A stretch of 64,000 bases of DNA from Eledone cirrhosa (taxonomy: Eukaryota), in assembly GCA_964016885.1 (NCBI GenBank), contig OZ024748.1, forward strand, positions 42,594,001 to 42,658,000, in the 5' to 3' direction. Below, one piece after another: positions 39,201-52,178 of the stretch. Numbering within the stretch: position 1 is the first letter of the stretch; every line of letters starts with the position of its first letter. The translations under genes were made by a program, and so were the position numbers. The notes under the pieces were generated by a model. The model made no database searches, had not been told where the DNA came from, and worked only from the letters and a program-made list of their open reading frames with translations.

Positions 39201-42200
39201 ATACTATGGTCATGTGGTTAGAATGTCTGAGGAAAGATTCACTGGGGAGTTGCTCCAAGTAGATCTGCTACTTACTTGAACTGAGAGATCACAGCTCTGA
39301 TACTATGGTCATGTGGTTAGAATGTCTGAGGAAAGATTCACTGGGGAGTTGCTCCAAGTAGATCTGCTACTTCCTTGAACTGAGAGATCACAGCTCTGAT
39401 TCTATGGTCATGTGGTTAGAAAGTCTGAGGAAAGATTCACTGGGGAGTTGCTCCAAGTAGATCTGCTACTTCCCTGAACTGAGAGATCACAGCTCTGAAA
39501 CTATGGTTATGTGGTTAGAAAGTCTGAGGAAAGATTCACTGGGGAGTTGCTCCAAGTAGATCTGCTACTTCCTTGAACTGAGAGATCACAGCTTTGATAC
39601 TATGGTCATGTGGTTAGAATGTCTGAGGAAAGATTCACTGGGGAGTTGCTCCAAGTAGATCTGCTACTTCCCTGAACTGAGAGATCACAGCTCTGATACT
39701 ATGGTTATGTGGTTAGAAAGTCTGAGGAAAGATTCACTGGGGAGTTACTCCAAGTAGATCTGCTACTTCCCTGAACTGAGAGATCACAGCTCTGATACTA
39801 TGGTCATGTGGTTAGAATGTCTGAGGAAAGATTCACTGGGGAGTTGCTCCAAGTAGATCTGCTACTTCCTTGAACTGAGAGAATTCAGCTTTGATACTAT
39901 GGTCATGTGGTTAGAATGTCTGAGGAAAGATTCACTGGGGAGTTGCTCCAAGTAGATCTGCTACTTCCTTGAACTGAGAGATCACAGCTCTGATACTATG
40001 GTCATGTGGTTAGAATGTCTGAGGAAAGATTCACTGGGGAGTTGCTCCAAGTAGATCTGCTACTTCCTTGAACTGAGAGATCACAGCTCTAATACTATGG
40101 TCATGTGGTTAGAATGTCTGAGGAAAGATTCACTGGGGAGTTGCTCAAAGTAGATCTGCTACTTACTTGAACTGAGAGATCACAGCTCTGATACTATGGT
40201 CATGTGGTTAGAATGTCTGAGGAAAGATTCACTGGCGAGTTGCTCCAAGTAGATCTGCTACTTCCTTGAACTGAGAGATCACAGCTCTGATACTATGGTC
40301 ATGTGGTTCGAATGTCTGAGGAAAGATTCACTGGGGAGTTGCTCCAAGTAGATCTGCTACTTCCCTGAACTGAGAGATCACAGCTCTGATACTATGGTCA
40401 TGTGGTTAGAATGTCTGAGGAAAGATTCACTGGGGTGTTGCTCCAAGTAGATCTGCTACTTCCTTGAACTGAGAGATCACAGCTCTGATTCTATGGTCAT
40501 GTGGTTAGAATGTCTGAGGAAAGATTCACTGGGGAGTTACTCCAAGTAGATCTGCTCCTTCCCTGAACTGAGAGATCACAGCTCTGATACTATGGTCATG
40601 TGGTTAGAATGTCTGAGGAAAGATTCACTGGGGAGTTACTCCAAGTAGCTCTGCTACTTCCCTGAACTGAGAGATCACAGCTCTGATACTATGGTCATGT
40701 GGTTAGAATGTCTGAGGAAAGATTCACTGGGAGTTGCTCCAAGTAGATCTGCTACTTCCTTGAACTGAGAGATCACAGCTCTGATACTATGGTCATGTGG
40801 TTAGAATGTCTGAGGAAAGATTCACTGGGGAGTTGCTCCAAGTAGATCTGCTACTTCCTTGAACTGAGAGATCACAGCTCTGATACTATGGTCATGTGGT
40901 TAGAATGTCTGAGGAAAGATTCACTGGGGAGTTGCTCCAAGTAGATCTGCTACTTCCTTGAACTGAGAGATCACAGCTCTGATTCTATGGTCATGTGGTT
41001 AGAATGTCTGAGGAAAGATTCACTGGGGAGTTGCTCCAAGTAGATCTGCTACTTCCCTGAACTGAGAGATCACAGCTCTGATACTATGGTCATGTGGTTA
41101 GAATGTCTGAGGAAAGATTCACTGGGGAGTTACTCCAAGTAGATCTGCTACTTCCCTGAACTGAGAGATCACAACTCTGATACTATGGTCATGTGGTTAG
41201 AATGTCTGAGGAAAAATTCACTGGGGAGTTACTCCAAGTAGCTCTGCTACTTCCCTGAACTGAGAGATCACAGCTCTGATACTATGGTCATGTGGTTAGA
41301 ATGTCTGAGGAAAGATTCACTGGGGAGTTGCTCCAAGTAGATCTGCTACTTCCTTGAACTGAGAGATCACAGCTCTGATACTATGGTCATGTGGTTAGAA
41401 TGTCTGAGGAAAGATTCACTGGCGAGTTGCTCCAAGTAGATCTGCTACTTCCTTGAACTGAGAGATCACAGCTCTGATACTATGGTCATGTGGTTAGAAT
41501 GTCTGAGGAAAGATTCACTGGGGAGTTGCTCCAAGTAGATCTGCTACTTCCTTGAACTGAGAGATGACAGCTCTGATTCTATGGTCATGTGGTTAGAAAG
41601 TCTGAGGAAAGATTCACTGGGGAGTTGCTCCAAGTAGATCTGCTACTTCCCTGAACTGAGAGATCACAGCTCTGAAACTATGGTTATGTGGTTAGAAAGT
41701 CTGAGGAAAGATTCACTGGGGAGTTGCTCCAAGTAGATCTGCTACTTCCTTGAACTGAGAGATCACAGCTTTGATACTATGGTCATGTGGTTAGAATGTC
41801 TGAGGAAAGATTCACTGGGGAGTTGCTCCAAGTAGATCTGCTACTTCCTTGAACTGAGAGATCACAGCTCTGATACTATGGTCATGTGGTTAGAATGTCT
41901 GAGGAAAGATTCACTGGGGAGTTGCTCCAAGTAGATCTGCTACTTCCTTGAACTGAGAGATCACAGCTCTAATACTATGGTCATGTGGTTAGAATGTCTG
42001 AGGAAAGATTCACTGGGGAGTTGCTCAAAGTAGATCTGCTACTTACTTGAACTGAGAGATCACAGCTCTGATACTATGGTCATGTGGTTAGAATGTCTGA
42101 GGAAAGATTCACTGGCGAGTTGCTCCAAGTAGATCTGCTACTTCCCTGAACTGAGAGATCACAGCTCTGATACTATGGTCATGTGGTTAGAATGTCTGAG

Positions 42201-45200
42201 GAAAGATTCACTGGGGTGTTGCTCCAAGTAGATCTGCTACTTCCTTGAACTGAGAGATCACAGCTCTGATTCTATGGTCATGTGGTTAGAATGTCTGAGG
42301 AAAGATTCACTGGGGAGTTGCTCCAAGTAGATCTGCTACTTCCTTGAACTGAGAGATCACAGCTCTGATACTATGGTCATGTGGTTAGAATGTCTGAGGA
42401 AAGATTCACTGGGGAGTTACTCCAAGTAGATCTGCTACTTCCCTGAACTGAGAGATCACAGCTCTGATACTATGGTCATGTGGTTAGAATGTCTGAGGAA
42501 AGATTCACTGGGGAGTTACTCCAAGTAGCTCTGCTACTTTCCTGAACTGAGAGATCACAGCTCTGATACTATGGTCATGTGGTTAGAATGTCTGAGGAAA
42601 GATTCACTGGGAGTTGCTCCAAGTAGATCTGCTACTTCCTTGAACTGAGAGATCACAGCTCTGATACTATGGTCATGTGGTTAGAATGTCTGAGGAAAGA
42701 TTCACTGGGGAGTTGCTCCAAGTAGATCTGCTACTTCCTTGAACTGAGAGATCACAGCTCTGATACTATGGTCATGTGGTTAGAATGTCTGAGGAAAGAT
42801 TCACTGGGGAGTTGCTCCAAGTAGATCTGCTACTTCCTTGAACTGAGAGATCACAGCTCTGATTCTATGGTCATGTGGTTAGAATGTCTGAGGAAAGATT
42901 CACTGGGGAGTTGCTCCAAGTAGATCTGCTACTTCCCTGAACTGAGAGATCACAGCTGTGGTTAGAATGTCTGAGGAAAGATTCACTGGGGAGTTACTCC
43001 AAGTAGATCTGCTACTTCCCTGAACTGAGAGATCACAACTCTGATACTATGGTCATGTGGTTAGAATGTCTGAGGAAAAATTCACTGGGGAGTTACTCCA
43101 AGTAGCTCTGCTACTTCCCTGAACTGAGAGATCACAGCTCTGATACTATGGTCATGGGGTTAGAATGTCTGAGGAAAGATTCACTGGGGAGTTGCTCCAA
43201 GTAGATCTGCTACTTCCTTGAACTGAGAGATCACAGCTCTGATACTATGGTCATGTGGTTAGAATGTCTGAGGAAAGATTCACTGGGGAGTTGCTCCAAG
43301 TAGATCTGCTACTTCCTTGATCTGAGAGATCACAGCTCTGATACTATGGTCATGTGGTTAGAATGTCTGAGGAAAGATTCACTGGGGAGTTGCTCCAAGT
43401 AGATCTGCTACTTACTTGAACTGAGAGATCACAGCTCTGATACTATGGTCATGTGGTTAGAATGTCTGAGGAAAGATTCACTGGCGAGTTGCTCCAAGTA
43501 GATCTGCAACTTCCTTGAACTGAGAGATCACAGCTCTGATACTATGGTCATGTGGTTAGAATGTCTGAGGAAAGATTCACTGGGGAGTTGCTCCAAGTAG
43601 ATCTGCTACTTCCTTGAACTGAGAGATCACAGCTCTGATTCTATGGTCATGTGGTTAGAAAGTCTGAGGAAAGATTCACTGGGGAGTTGCTCCAAGTAGA
43701 TCTGCTACTTCTCTGAACTGAGAGATCACAGCTCTGATTCTATGGTCATGTGGTTAGAAAGTCTGAGGAAAGATTCACTGGGGAGTTGCTCCAAGTAGAT
43801 CTGCTACTTCCCTGAACTGAGAGATCACAGCTCTGAAACTATGGTTATGTGGTTAGAAAGTCTGAGGAAAGATTCACTGGGGAGTTGCTCCAAGTAGATC
43901 TGCTACTTCCTTGAACTGAGAGATCACAGCTTTGATACTATGGTCATGTGGTTAGAATGTCTGAGGAAAGATTCACTGGGGAGTTACTCCAAGTAGATCT
44001 GCTACTTCCCTGAACTGAGAGATCACAGCTCTGATACTATGGTCATGTGGTTAGAATGTCTGAGGAAAGATTCACTGGGGAGTTGCTCCAAGTAGATCTG
44101 CTACTTCCTTGAACTGAGAGATCACAGCTTTGATACTATGGTCATGTGGTTAGAATGTCTGAGGAAAGATTCACTGGGGAGTTGCTCCAAGTAGATCTGC
44201 TACTTCCTTGAACTGAGAGATCACAGCTCTAATACTATGGTCATGTGGTTAGAATGTCTGAGGAAAGATTCACTGGGGAGTTGCTCAAAGTAGATCTGCT
44301 ACTTACTTGAACTGAGAGATCACAGCTCTGATACTATGGTCATGTGGTTAGAATGTCTGAGGAAAGATTCACTGGCGAGTTGCTCCAAGTAGATCTGCTA
44401 CTTCCTTGAACTGAGAGATCACAGCTCTGATACTATGGTCATGTGGTTAGAATGTCTGAGGAATGATTCACTGGGGTGTTGCTCCAAGTAGATCTGCTAC
44501 TTCCTTGAACTGAGAGATCACAGCTCTGATTCTATGGTCATGTGGTTAGAATGTCTGAGGAAAGATTCACTGGGGAGTTGCTCCAAGTAGATCTGCTACT
44601 TCCTTGAACTGAGAGATCACAGCTCTGATACTATGGTCATGTGGTTAGAATGTCTGTGGAAAGATTCACTGGGGAGTTACTCCAAGTAGATCTGCTACTT
44701 CCCTGAACTGAGAGATCACAGCTCTGATACTATGGTCATGTGGTTAGAATGTCTGAGGAAAGATTCACTGGGGAGTTACTCCAAGTAGCTCTGCTACTTC
44801 CCTGAATTGAGAGATCACAGCTCTGATACTATGGTCATGTGGTTAGAATGTCTGAGGAAAGATTCACTGTGGAGTTGCTCCAAGTAGATCTGCTACTTCC
44901 TTGAACTGAGAGATCACAGCTCTGATACTATGGTCATGTGGTTAGAATGTCTGAGGAAAGATTCACTGGGGAGTTGCTCCAAGTAGATCTGCTACTTCCT
45001 TGAACTGAGAGATCACAGCTCTGATACTATGGTCATGCGGTTAGAATGTCTGAGGAAAGATTCACTGGGGAGTTGCTCCAAGTAGATCTGCTACTTCCTT
45101 GAACTGAGAGATCACAGCTCTGATTCTATAGTCATGTGGTTAGAATGTCTGAGGAAAGATTCACTGGGGAGTTGCTCCAAGTAGATCTGCTACTTCCCTG

Positions 45201-47938
45201 AACTGAGAGATCACAGCTCTGATTCTATGGTCATGTGGTTCGAATGTCTGAGGAAAGATTCACTGCGGAGTTGCTCCAAGTAGATCTGCTACTTCCTTGA
45301 ACTGAGAGATCACAGCTCTGATACTATGGTCATGTGGTTAGAATGTCTGAGGAAAGATTCACTGGGGTGTTGCTCCAAGTAGATCTGCTACTTCCTTGAA
45401 CTGAGAGATCACAGCTCTGATACTATGGTCATGTGGTTAGAATGTCTGAGGAAAGATTCACTGGGGAGTTACTCCAAGTAGATCTGCTACTTCCCTGAAC
45501 TGAGAGATCACAGCTCTGATACTATGGTCATGTGGTTAGAATGTCTGAGGAAAGATTCACTGGGGTGTTGCTCCAAGTAGATCTGCTACTTCCTTGAACT
45601 GAGAGATCACAGCTCTGATTCTATGGTCATGTGGTTAGAATGTCTGAGGAAAGATTCACTGGGGAGTTGCTCCAAGTAGATCTGCTACTTCCTTGAACTG
45701 AGAGATCACAGCTCTGATACTATGGTCATGTGGTTAGAATGTCTGAGGAAAGATTCACTGGGGAGTTACTCCAAGTAGATCTGCTACTTCCCTGAACTGA
45801 GAGATCACAGCTCTGATACTATGGTCATGTGGTTAGAATGTCTGAGGAAAGATTCACTGGGGAGTTGCTCCAAGTAGATCTGCTACTTCCTTGAACTGAG
45901 AGATCACAGCTTTGATACTATGGTCATGTGGTTAGAATGTCTGAGGAAAGATTCACTGGGGAGTTGCTCCAAGTAGATCTGCTACTTCCCTGAACTGAGA
46001 GATCACAGCTCTGATTCTATGGTTATGTGGTTAGAAAGTCTGAGGAAAGATTCACTGGGGAGTTGCTCCAAGTAGATCTGCTACTTCCCTGAACTGAGAG
46101 ATCACAGCTCTGATACTATGGTCATGTGGTTAGAATGTCTGAGGAAAGATTCACTGGGGAGTTGCTCCAAGTAGATCTGCTACTTCCTTGAACTGAGAGA
46201 TCACAGCTCTGATACTATGGACATGTGGTTAGAATGTCTAAGGAAAGATTTACTGGGGAGTTGCTCAAAGTAGATCTGCTACTTACTTGAACTGAGAGAT
46301 CACAGCTCTGATACTATGGTCATGTGGTTAGAATGTCTGAGGAAAGATTCACTGGCGAGTTGCTCCAAGTAGATCTGCTACTTCCTTGAACTGAGAGATC
46401 ACAGCTCTGATACTATGGTTATGTGGTTAGAATGTCTGAGGAAAGATTCACTGGGGAGTTGCTCCAAGTAGATCTGCTACTTCCTTGAACTGAGAGATCA
46501 CAGCTCTGATTCTATGGTCATGTGGTTCGAATGTCTGAGGAAAGATTCACTGGGGAGTTGCTCCAAGTAGATCTGCTACTTCCCTGAACTGAGAGATCAC
46601 AGCTCTGATTCTATGGTCATGTGGTTAGAATGTCTGAGGAAAGATTCACTGGGGTGTTGCTCCAAGTAGATCTGCTACTTCCTTGAACTGAGAGATCACA
46701 GCTCTGATTCTATGGTCATGTGGTTAGAATGTCTGAGGAAAGATTCACTGGGAGTTGCTCCAAGTAGATCTGCTACTTCCTTGAACTGAGAGATCACAGC
46801 TCTGATACTATGGTCATGTGGTTAGAATGTCTGAGGAAAGATTCACTGGAGAGTTGCTCCAAGTAGATCTGCTACTTCCCTGAACTGAGAGATCACAGCT
46901 CTGATACTATGGTCATGTGGTTAGAATGTCTGAGGAAAGATTCACTGGGGAGTTACTCCAAGTAGCTCTGCTACTTCCCTGAACTGAGAGATCACAGCTC
47001 TGATACTATGGTCATGTTGTTAGAATGTCTCAGGAAAGATTCACTGGGGAGTTGCTCTAAGTAGATCTGCTACTTCCTTGAACTGAGAGATCACAGCTCT
47101 GATACTATGGTCATGTGGTTAGAATGTCTGAGGAAAGATTCACTGGGGAGTTGCTCCAAGTAGATCTGCTACTTCCTTGAACTGAGAGATCACAGCTCTG
47201 ATACTATGGTCATGTGGTTAGAATGTCTGAGGATAGATTCACTGGGGAGTTACTCCAATTAGATCTGCTACTTCCCTGAACTGAGAGATCACAGCTCTGA
47301 TACTATGGTCATGTGGTTAGAATGTCTGAGGAAAGATTCACTGGGGAGTTGCTCCAAGTAGATCTGCTACTTCCCTGAACTGAGAGATCACAGCTCTGAT
47401 ACTATGGTCATGTGGTTGGAATGTCTGAGGAAAGATTCACTGGGGAGTTACTCCAAGTAGCTCTGCTACTTCCCTGAACTGAGAGATCACAGCTCTGATA
47501 CTATGGTCATGTGGTTAGAATGTCTCAGGAAAGATTCACTGGGGAGTTGCTCTAAGTAGATCTGCTACTTCCTTGAACTGAGAGATCACAGCTCTGATAC
47601 TATGGTCATGTGGTTAGAATGTCTGAGGAAAGATTCACTGGGGAGTTGCTCCAAGTAGATCTGCTACTTCCTTGAACTGAGAGATCACAGCTCTGATACT
47701 ATGGTCATGTGGTTAGAATGTCTCAGGAAAGATTCACTGGGGTGTTGCTCCAAGTAGATCTGCTACTTCCTTGTACTGAGAGATCACAGCTCTGATACTA
47801 TGGTCATGTGGTTAGAATGTCTCAGGAAAGATTCACTGGGGAGTTGCTCCAAGTAGATCTGCTACTTCCTTGTACTGAGAGATCACAGCTCTGATACTAT
47901 GGTCATGTGGTTAGAATGTCTGAGGAAAGATTCGCTGG
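15300..47938 (+). repeat. Satellite array, 99-bp monomer, ~330 copies (~32.6 kb), derived from an RTE-clade LINE
   Basis: Unit CTGAGAGATCACAGCTCTGATACTATGGTCATGTGGTTAGAATGTCTGAGGAAAGATTCACTGGGGAGTTGCTCCAAGTAGATCTGCTACTTCC(T/C)TGAA; period 99 (15311, 15410...); copy number is length divided by 99. Confidence 0.98.
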
Positions 47939-48040
47939 ACACATTTTACGAGCAAAACCAACCAACAGGAGACCCAGGGGTAGATCCCGAGCAAGATAGT
48001 TGGATAACATCCATGAGTTTAGCTGGTCTCAATTGAGGAA
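47875..48040 (+). pseudogene. RTE-clade LINE ORF C-terminal remnant, continuous with the last satellite monomer
   Basis: ERSQL*YYGHVVRMSEERFAGHILRAKPTNRRPRGRSRAR*LDNIHEFSWSQLR matches the RTE C-terminal pattern (L-R-W-x-G-H-x-x-R-M ... R-P-R-G-R-P-R-x-R-W). Confidence 0.85.
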
Positions 48041-48191
48041 CCTGCCAGAACATGAACCTTATATATTTTTCAGATTTTTCCACCGCCCACCTTGCTCTTA
48101 AACGTCCCTCCCATACCCCACTTATTAATTTTTTCTAATCTATCTCCAGTGAAATTTTATTTAAAGTGGTAGAATTCCTGAGGCAATTGAT

Positions 48192-48771
48192 TTTCTTTAT
48201 ACATTAAAATCCATTATACATAACAAAAAAGTACATTACTAGAAATTTTCTTTATATGTTAAAATCCATTATACAGGAGACTGAGGTTAGCTGGGCATGC
48301 TCACCGACATCCAGAGTTGACATTGCACTCAGTACTCCTTTGGGATCCCCTACATGTACACACTAGAAGAGGAAGACCAAGGTTAACTTATGTTGATGCC
48401 CTAAGGACAGACACTGGTTTGTTGGAGATGCAGGACATCGCAGCGATAATGAGGGACAGAGACCGCTGGAGAGAACTCGTCCATGGATCTCGGGAATTTT
48501 ACCCGCCTTAGATAGATAGAGATACATAACAAAAAATTACATTACTAGAAATGTTCTTTATATATTAAAATCCATTATACATAACAAAAAAGTACATTAC
48601 TAGAAATGTTCTTTATATATTAAAATCCATTATACATAACAAAAAAGTACATTACTAGAAATGTTCTTTATATATTAAAATCCATTATACATAACAAAAA
48701 AGTACATTACTAGAAATGTTCTTTATATATTAAAATCCATTATACATAACAAAAAAGTACATTACTAGAAA
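48192..48771. repeat. 55-bp minisatellite, ~6 copies, interrupted by a LINE fragment
   Basis: ATTACTAGAAATGTTCTTTATATATTAAAATCCATTATACATAACAAAAAAGTAC starts at 48541, 48596, 48651 and 48706, with diverged copies from ~48192. Confidence 0.9.
48276..48521 (+). mobile_element. 5'-truncated RTE-group LINE 3' end with short (TAGA)n tail
   Basis: RRLRLAGHAHRH...LLWDP...RRGRPRLTYVD...MRDRDRWR; ATACA direct repeat at 48271-48275 and 48522-48526. Confidence 0.8.
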
Positions 48772-48996
48772 TCCCATATGTTATAAAATAAATAGGATGG
48801 GTTGGGTCTCAATATGTAAACTAAACGACTAATTCTGTTGTTTTTTTTTTAATTAACGAAGACAACCTAGAAAAATTATCTATTTTCGAACTGCCCCACC
48901 TTGTTTATTCCACCCTCCGCTCTATTATTTAGCACCCGAAAGTATTTTAAACAAGTTTCAGAAAATATCAGCACATTTATCAGAACATATTAAGAA

Positions 48997-49192
48997 CAGA
49001 CCTGCCAACCTCTAAAAACCCAAACGGGGAGTACCATGAAAAAAAGTGCCCCAAAACGGGGAGAAATGAGGCAAAATGGGGAGATTTTACATAATGAAAG
49101 CTATACCCATTTTCACAAGAGAAGACATCTCTCACCCACCCCAAAGTAGGTGGAAGATCTCCCCCGTCGGATGGGGAGAATTGACAGGTCTG
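48997..49192. mobile_element. MITE (hAT-like ends) with 6-bp target-site duplication
   Basis: CAGACCTGCCAA / TTGACAGGTCTG terminal inverted repeats (11/12); TAAGAA on both sides; repeated GGGGAG motifs. Confidence 0.75.
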
Positions 49193-49227
49193 TAAGAATG
49201 TCGAATAATAAGAAATATCAATCTTAC

Positions 49228-49506
49228 CAAAGGCGTGTCACATTTTGTCTTCGATTGCTTGCAATAATATCGAGAATAAAATTTGCTGAGTTTCGATTCT
49301 ATGAAATCGACTGGTAACGATTGGTTTTTTTCTAAATTCAAACTTTTCTGAAATTCATTGAAAACATCGATTTTATTCATAGACTGTGGATTTCCATGTA
49401 GATAGTTCCCCGGGTGTACATCGTGTGCAGAACAAGTGTATATACAAACAACCAAAATACTTGAAATCGCAAAGAAAAAGAATTTGAAGAACATTTTTTT
49501 CTTCAT
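49228..49506 (-). CDS. ZIP4/ZIP12-like zinc transporter, first coding exon with signal peptide
   Basis: MKKKMFFKFFFFAISSILVVCIYTCSA|HDVH signal-peptide pattern; ends YYCKQSKTKCDTPL with TTG|GTAAGA donor, phase 0, joining CFTAK of the next exon as in the ZIP4/12 C..C..C cluster. A possible UTR acceptor (CCTTACAG) lies at ~49685. Confidence 0.72.
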
Positions 49507-50075
49507 TAATAACAAAGTTTATAATTTTTAAAAATTCTGATTAATTCTGATCAATTAGGATCTAATAAATCTTTTAAATTTGAAATTCTAAATGAATCAT
49601 CTCATTTTATAAATTAAATAAATCCGATTTAGGAAAACAAAAAAGTAGTTTGACAGTGTGTAACCTAGAAGATATATTGAAGATCTGTAAGGTAAATAGG
49701 TAGTCAGGTGAGTAGAGGGAGGAGGGGATGGGGGGAGCAGAGGGGGGAGAGAGAGAGTTAATGAGTTAAATGTACTTTCTTTCTCCCTCTCCTCTCTTTC
49801 TCACACACACACACTCTTTCTCTTCCTCTCTCCCTCCCTCTCTCCTTCACATACACCCTCTTTCTCTTTCACATACTTCTCCTCTCCCTCTCTCTCTTTC
49901 ACATACACCCTCTCTCTCCTTCGCATACCCCCCTCCCCCCCCCCCCTCTCTCTCTCTACACTACCAAAACATTAGCCATATATTAAGAAAAGCTGAATAA
50001 AGTCAGTAATCAACTCCTTTTCAACGTTAGAACTAAAATATAGAAAACTACTAGATAGACATACACTCACACACT

Positions 50076-50140
<65 letters not shown>

Positions 50141-50178
50141 TTGCGAGGTTTTTTATATGAAATCGTGTGTCGAAACAA

Positions 50179-50555
50179 ATATTGTTATACTTGGGGAGGG
50201 TCATATTTGTGTAATATTGCTAGAATTAATAACAGAACACACTCACTGTTTGGTTGGTTTTCGCTTTTCGCTTCTGTGTCTTTTATATCGGTAATCTAAC
50301 TTACTCGGTCCTCAATGTTGCCATTGACTGACCGACGGTCAAAAATAATACAGATACAATATAGACACAAACACATATATATAGTTTATCATAAATCTTT
50401 CGTTGCACATCTGCAACATCGTCAGTGGTGCTACCTTTTCCTCCTGTTGTATTGACACAGAAGCGAGAAGCGAAAACCAACCAAACAGTGAGTGTTTTCT
50501 GTTATTAATTCTGGCAATATTACACAAATATGACCCTCCCCAAGTATAACAATAT
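50179..50555. repeat. ~100-bp inverted repeat pair with ~170-bp spacer, between (TA)n tracts
   Basis: 50179-50280 is the reverse complement of 50454-50555 with few mismatches. Confidence 0.88.
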
Positions 50556-50627
50556 ATATATATATATATATATATATTAATTCAAAATATTAATAAATAT
50601 AGACATTCATGTAATCAAAACTGGGAG

Positions 50628-50686
<59 letters not shown>

Positions 50687-50920
50687 CTCGAGGTGTTAGG
50701 GTAAAAAAAACATTCTCTTCGCTCGTCCTGCTATTGGCTGTTGTTTTTTCTACGTCATCATAAATTATATGTATATATATATATACTTAGGTTAATAGGA
50801 GTTAGGTATTGTATACCCGTGTCCCATTAAGGTATTGGCAGCATAATAATTAGCTCTATGCTTTGGAGCAGAGCCGTATATATGATAAAGAACACAAGAG
50901 CATCTACAACATCAACAGAT

Positions 50921-50980
50921 TTTTATTGGCTTACAATGTTTCTTCCTTACGTAACCGTAGGATTCGTCAGAGCTATAAAA
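50921..50980 (-). ncRNA. Type I hammerhead ribozyme in the 3' pseudo-LTR
   Basis: Minus strand: UUUUAUAGCU-CUGACGA-AUCCUACG(GUUA)CGUAAGGAA-GAAAC(AUU)GUA-AGCCAAUAAAA. Confidence 0.75.
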
Positions 50981-52178
50981 GGGGTTTGATTGGTGTTATG
51001 GACTCTACCAACCAAACATTCAAGAACAAAGAGTAAAGAGAGTAAAGAGCAAAAGTAGGGGACGATAAGTCTAATTTTGGTGCGGGAGGGTGGGGTGTGG
51101 GTCCTTGTTTACTAGCTGCGGTCATATTCATTCCCGGGAGTCGAGTGGTTAGCTGAACCATAGATGGGGTGGCGTCGATAGTATGGTGCAGAGGGTGTGC
51201 AGAGGCTACACAAACACAAAGGGCATACAATATATATATATATATAACGGAGGAGAAAGTACATGAGGTAATTAGAAATGGAAAAAGAGTAATAATAATA
51301 ATCTATAATTAATAATGTATAATAAGGCATGGGGAAGATTACACTATAATAAGGTATAAAAGTAAGAATAAGGTAAAATATAAAGGAGGATAAAAGTGGA
51401 AATAATAAAGATAAAAAAATGTATATGTAAAAAAATATATAGAGAATATATAAAGAAATATAAGCGAATATTTGGAGGGGAAAACACAATGTAAAAAAAC
51501 CGATTTTTTCAAATAAAAATTAAAATATTATAATTATGGGGAGAAAACGGGATAGAGAAATATGATCAAATGTGATTAGTTGAGAGAATATAAGATGATA
51601 ATAGTTATGTCAAGTTTATACATCTTAATAATAAATAATCTGTGTATCAGAGTTACAGAACCTTCAATTCACTTACAGGTCAAGCCACGTGGCATAGTCC
51701 ATTGTTTATCTGTGCGGTCATGCGCATTTGTTTTTGACACCACAGCAGATGCACAAGTTCGTAAATTCCAATGCAGATAGAAATCTATTTTTGCTCACCC
51801 GGACATTGACGGAGGATCCAATATTCATAGTTCAATATGTGTGTGGTGTTATTTTGGTCGCACAAATTAATCACTTAGTTCAATATTATGGAGTATGGTT
51901 TTCTGGTCTTCGTAACAGTGTCAGTGGTTGTATATCTCGAAATCACAAGGATCACAGTACTCCGGTTTGGTGTGATTATCGGTCATCCAGCTATGTTGTT
52001 GGTGGTTGGATTCAATTCTATTAGCCCGAACGTTGAACTTTGGTGTCGATAGAACATTAACGAGGCAGGGTGAGATCGCATCTGTGGTACAAAACGGTAC
52101 GCAAGGAAATTCTTCGTCTTCGTTTCATCCGCGTCCAGCAGTCACGTGCAAGAACCGCTACGTAGTAATTGTGGGGTT

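Noticed and set aside
15300-47938. CRISPR-like array or coding repeat
   Set aside because: There are no unique spacers, the context is eukaryotic with no cas genes, and the LINE-derived frame has two stops per monomer.
49132-49227. C-terminal extension of ORF 49132-49515
   Set aside because: It reads past a strong donor into the intron and MITE.
50700-50762. CRE-like TGACGTA and CCAAT on the minus strand as a ZIP promoter
   Set aside because: Short motifs arise by chance, and there is no TSS evidence.
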